From Malacoraja senta (Eukaryota): DNA of 64,000 nt. Under the pieces are notes generated by a model. The model was given only the letters and a program-made list of their open reading frames with translations. It made no database searches and was not told the origin of the DNA. The DNA is taken from contig CM075981.1 of assembly GCA_038087875.1 (NCBI GenBank), forward strand, positions 40,238,001 to 40,302,000. Reading direction: 5' to 3'. The position numbers and the translations under genes were made by a program. Of the stretch, positions 62,736 through 64,000 are shown piece by piece; positions within the stretch are counted from its first letter, which is position 1, and each line of letters starts with the position of its first letter.

Positions 62736-63510
62736 AATCCCTGTGGCCTTGCTGTTTTAGCAAGATGTTAAATCGTGCTAATTGGAAATAATTCAGTTTT
62801 GCCATGGGCTTGGCACTATGAGGAAGTAGTCTGAGACTTGTCAAAAACTTTAAAAAACTTGTGAAGACATGCACTTACTTGCTCAAACAGCCTGTGAGTA
62901 ACCACACCCTGAGACACAGCCTTCTTCTTCTTTCATGTCCATCATCTATAACAAAGACAGACTATCCCTATTTGGATCACCAGGTCCATAATCAACCTTC
63001 TTTTGTTCTCTACCTACCTCAGTCAGCTGTTGACTGGTCTCCAGAAGACATGTATTCTGCCAGTTGTGTAGCCTAATTCTTGGATACACCCCAAAAGCTG
63101 CCAAGGAAAAGTCTGATAACAACAACACAATGTTCAGTGGCTGCAGACAAGTCTGAACACAAAGTGGAATTAGCCTGACGGCAAATCAAAATTAGAATTT
63201 CCTGATGGAGCTAATCTTGGGCTGTGAACATCTCCCTCTCTGAAACTGTAGCCTTGGACAATATTCATATTAGAACAATGGAATGTTCATCTACTCATCT
63301 GCATTTGTCATTATAGCATAAAACGAATAAGTGAGTTGTTTGGTTATTGAACAGGAAGGTGAATTTTCAGTTAAGTGCTCTCTTTAAATTAAGTACTCTC
63401 TTTACACCCATAATTGTGGCTAAGTACAGCTCCAATGTCATATTTAAAGTCACTAGCAACAGCACTGTTGTTAGCCAAACCACTGATGGTTATGAGTCAG
63501 CCAAGAGACA

Positions 63511-63601
63511 GAACCCCTGGTTTAGTGATGCTGAACCCCTGGTTTAGTGATGCTGAACCCCTGGTTTAGTGATGCTGAACCCCTGGTTTAGTGATGCTGA
63601 A
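63511..63601. repeat. Perfect minisatellite, 22-bp unit GAACCCCTGGTTTAGTGATGCT x4
   Basis: Four identical contiguous units, no spacers. Confidence 0.95.
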
Positions 63602-63704
63602 ACAACAACCAATCGCTCAACGTCAACAAAAGTCAAGAACTAATTGTTGAAATTATGAGACCACACATGACTTATCATTATTGGGTCGGTAGTAGAGAGA
63701 GTTA

Positions 63705-63890
63705 AGGGCATGTCCCACTTTGGCCGTCAGTTACGCGACAGGCCGGTGGCACGCAAAGATTTCGTGCAGGACGAAATCCACACTCCTTCACACCACTTCA
63801 TGCGCCCGTCCCCGCGCTACCCACGCGCTACCCACATGCTAGCAGGTCGCGTAAATGGCGCGCGAAAGACAGCCAAGTGGGACAGGCCCT
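63705..63890. mobile_element. PIF/Harbinger-type MITE
   Basis: TIRs AGGGCATGTCCCACTT and AAGTGGGACAGGCCCT; TTA duplication at 63702-63704 and 63891-63893. Confidence 0.9.
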
Positions 63891-64000
63891 TTAGAAGCTT
63901 AAAATTCCCGGATAACCTGTCCTGGGCCCAGCAAATGTGATTATGACAAACTTACCAAAACCACTACCTATTTTGAGGCTTAAAGGCTTAGCATGTCTAT

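Larger units (their letters stand above)
63370..64000 (+). mobile_element. Old Rex1/Babar-type LINE RT fragment
   Basis: VAKYSSNVIFK...TVV..TDGYESA, SLNVNK..ELIV and DNLSWAQQ peptides. Confidence 0.6.

Noticed and set aside
63511-63601. CRISPR-like repeat
   Set aside because: Units are contiguous with no spacers, there are no cas genes, and the context is eukaryotic.

Overview
Eukaryotic, repeat-dominated non-coding DNA. The repeat set (CR1 LINEs, tRNA-derived V-type SINEs with CR1-like tails, Rex1/Babar LINEs, Penelope-like elements) suggests a cartilaginous fish, probably a skate or ray; this is an inference. I could not recognise any host protein-coding exon, and every interpretable ORF is a transposon remnant. 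Main contents: (1) a HERO-like RLE retrotransposon fragment at 130-1930; (2) a nearly complete but disabled CR1 ORF2 at 50955-53900; (3) about 20 Penelope-like (PLE) pieces, several with GIY-YIG remnants, many carrying a minimal hammerhead-ribozyme motif (CTGAAGA-A-stem II-GAAACGT(C/T)), and often inserted as short palindromes with 13-18 bp target duplications; (4) about 10 PIF/Harbinger MITEs sharing one TIR and TWA target duplications; (5) two types of hAT MITE; (6) an apparently exact 1518-bp-period tandem duplication built on older diverged repeats; (7) several templated-insertion repair scars; and (8) a 2.6-kb TE-free island at 20380-22960 with enhancer-like motif clusters. The best candidate for an interesting system is the hammerhead-bearing palindromic PLE family. 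Hammerheads in PLEs are known in general, so any novelty would lie in this family, its stem II covariation and its insertion architecture. Most boundaries are approximate (read by eye).
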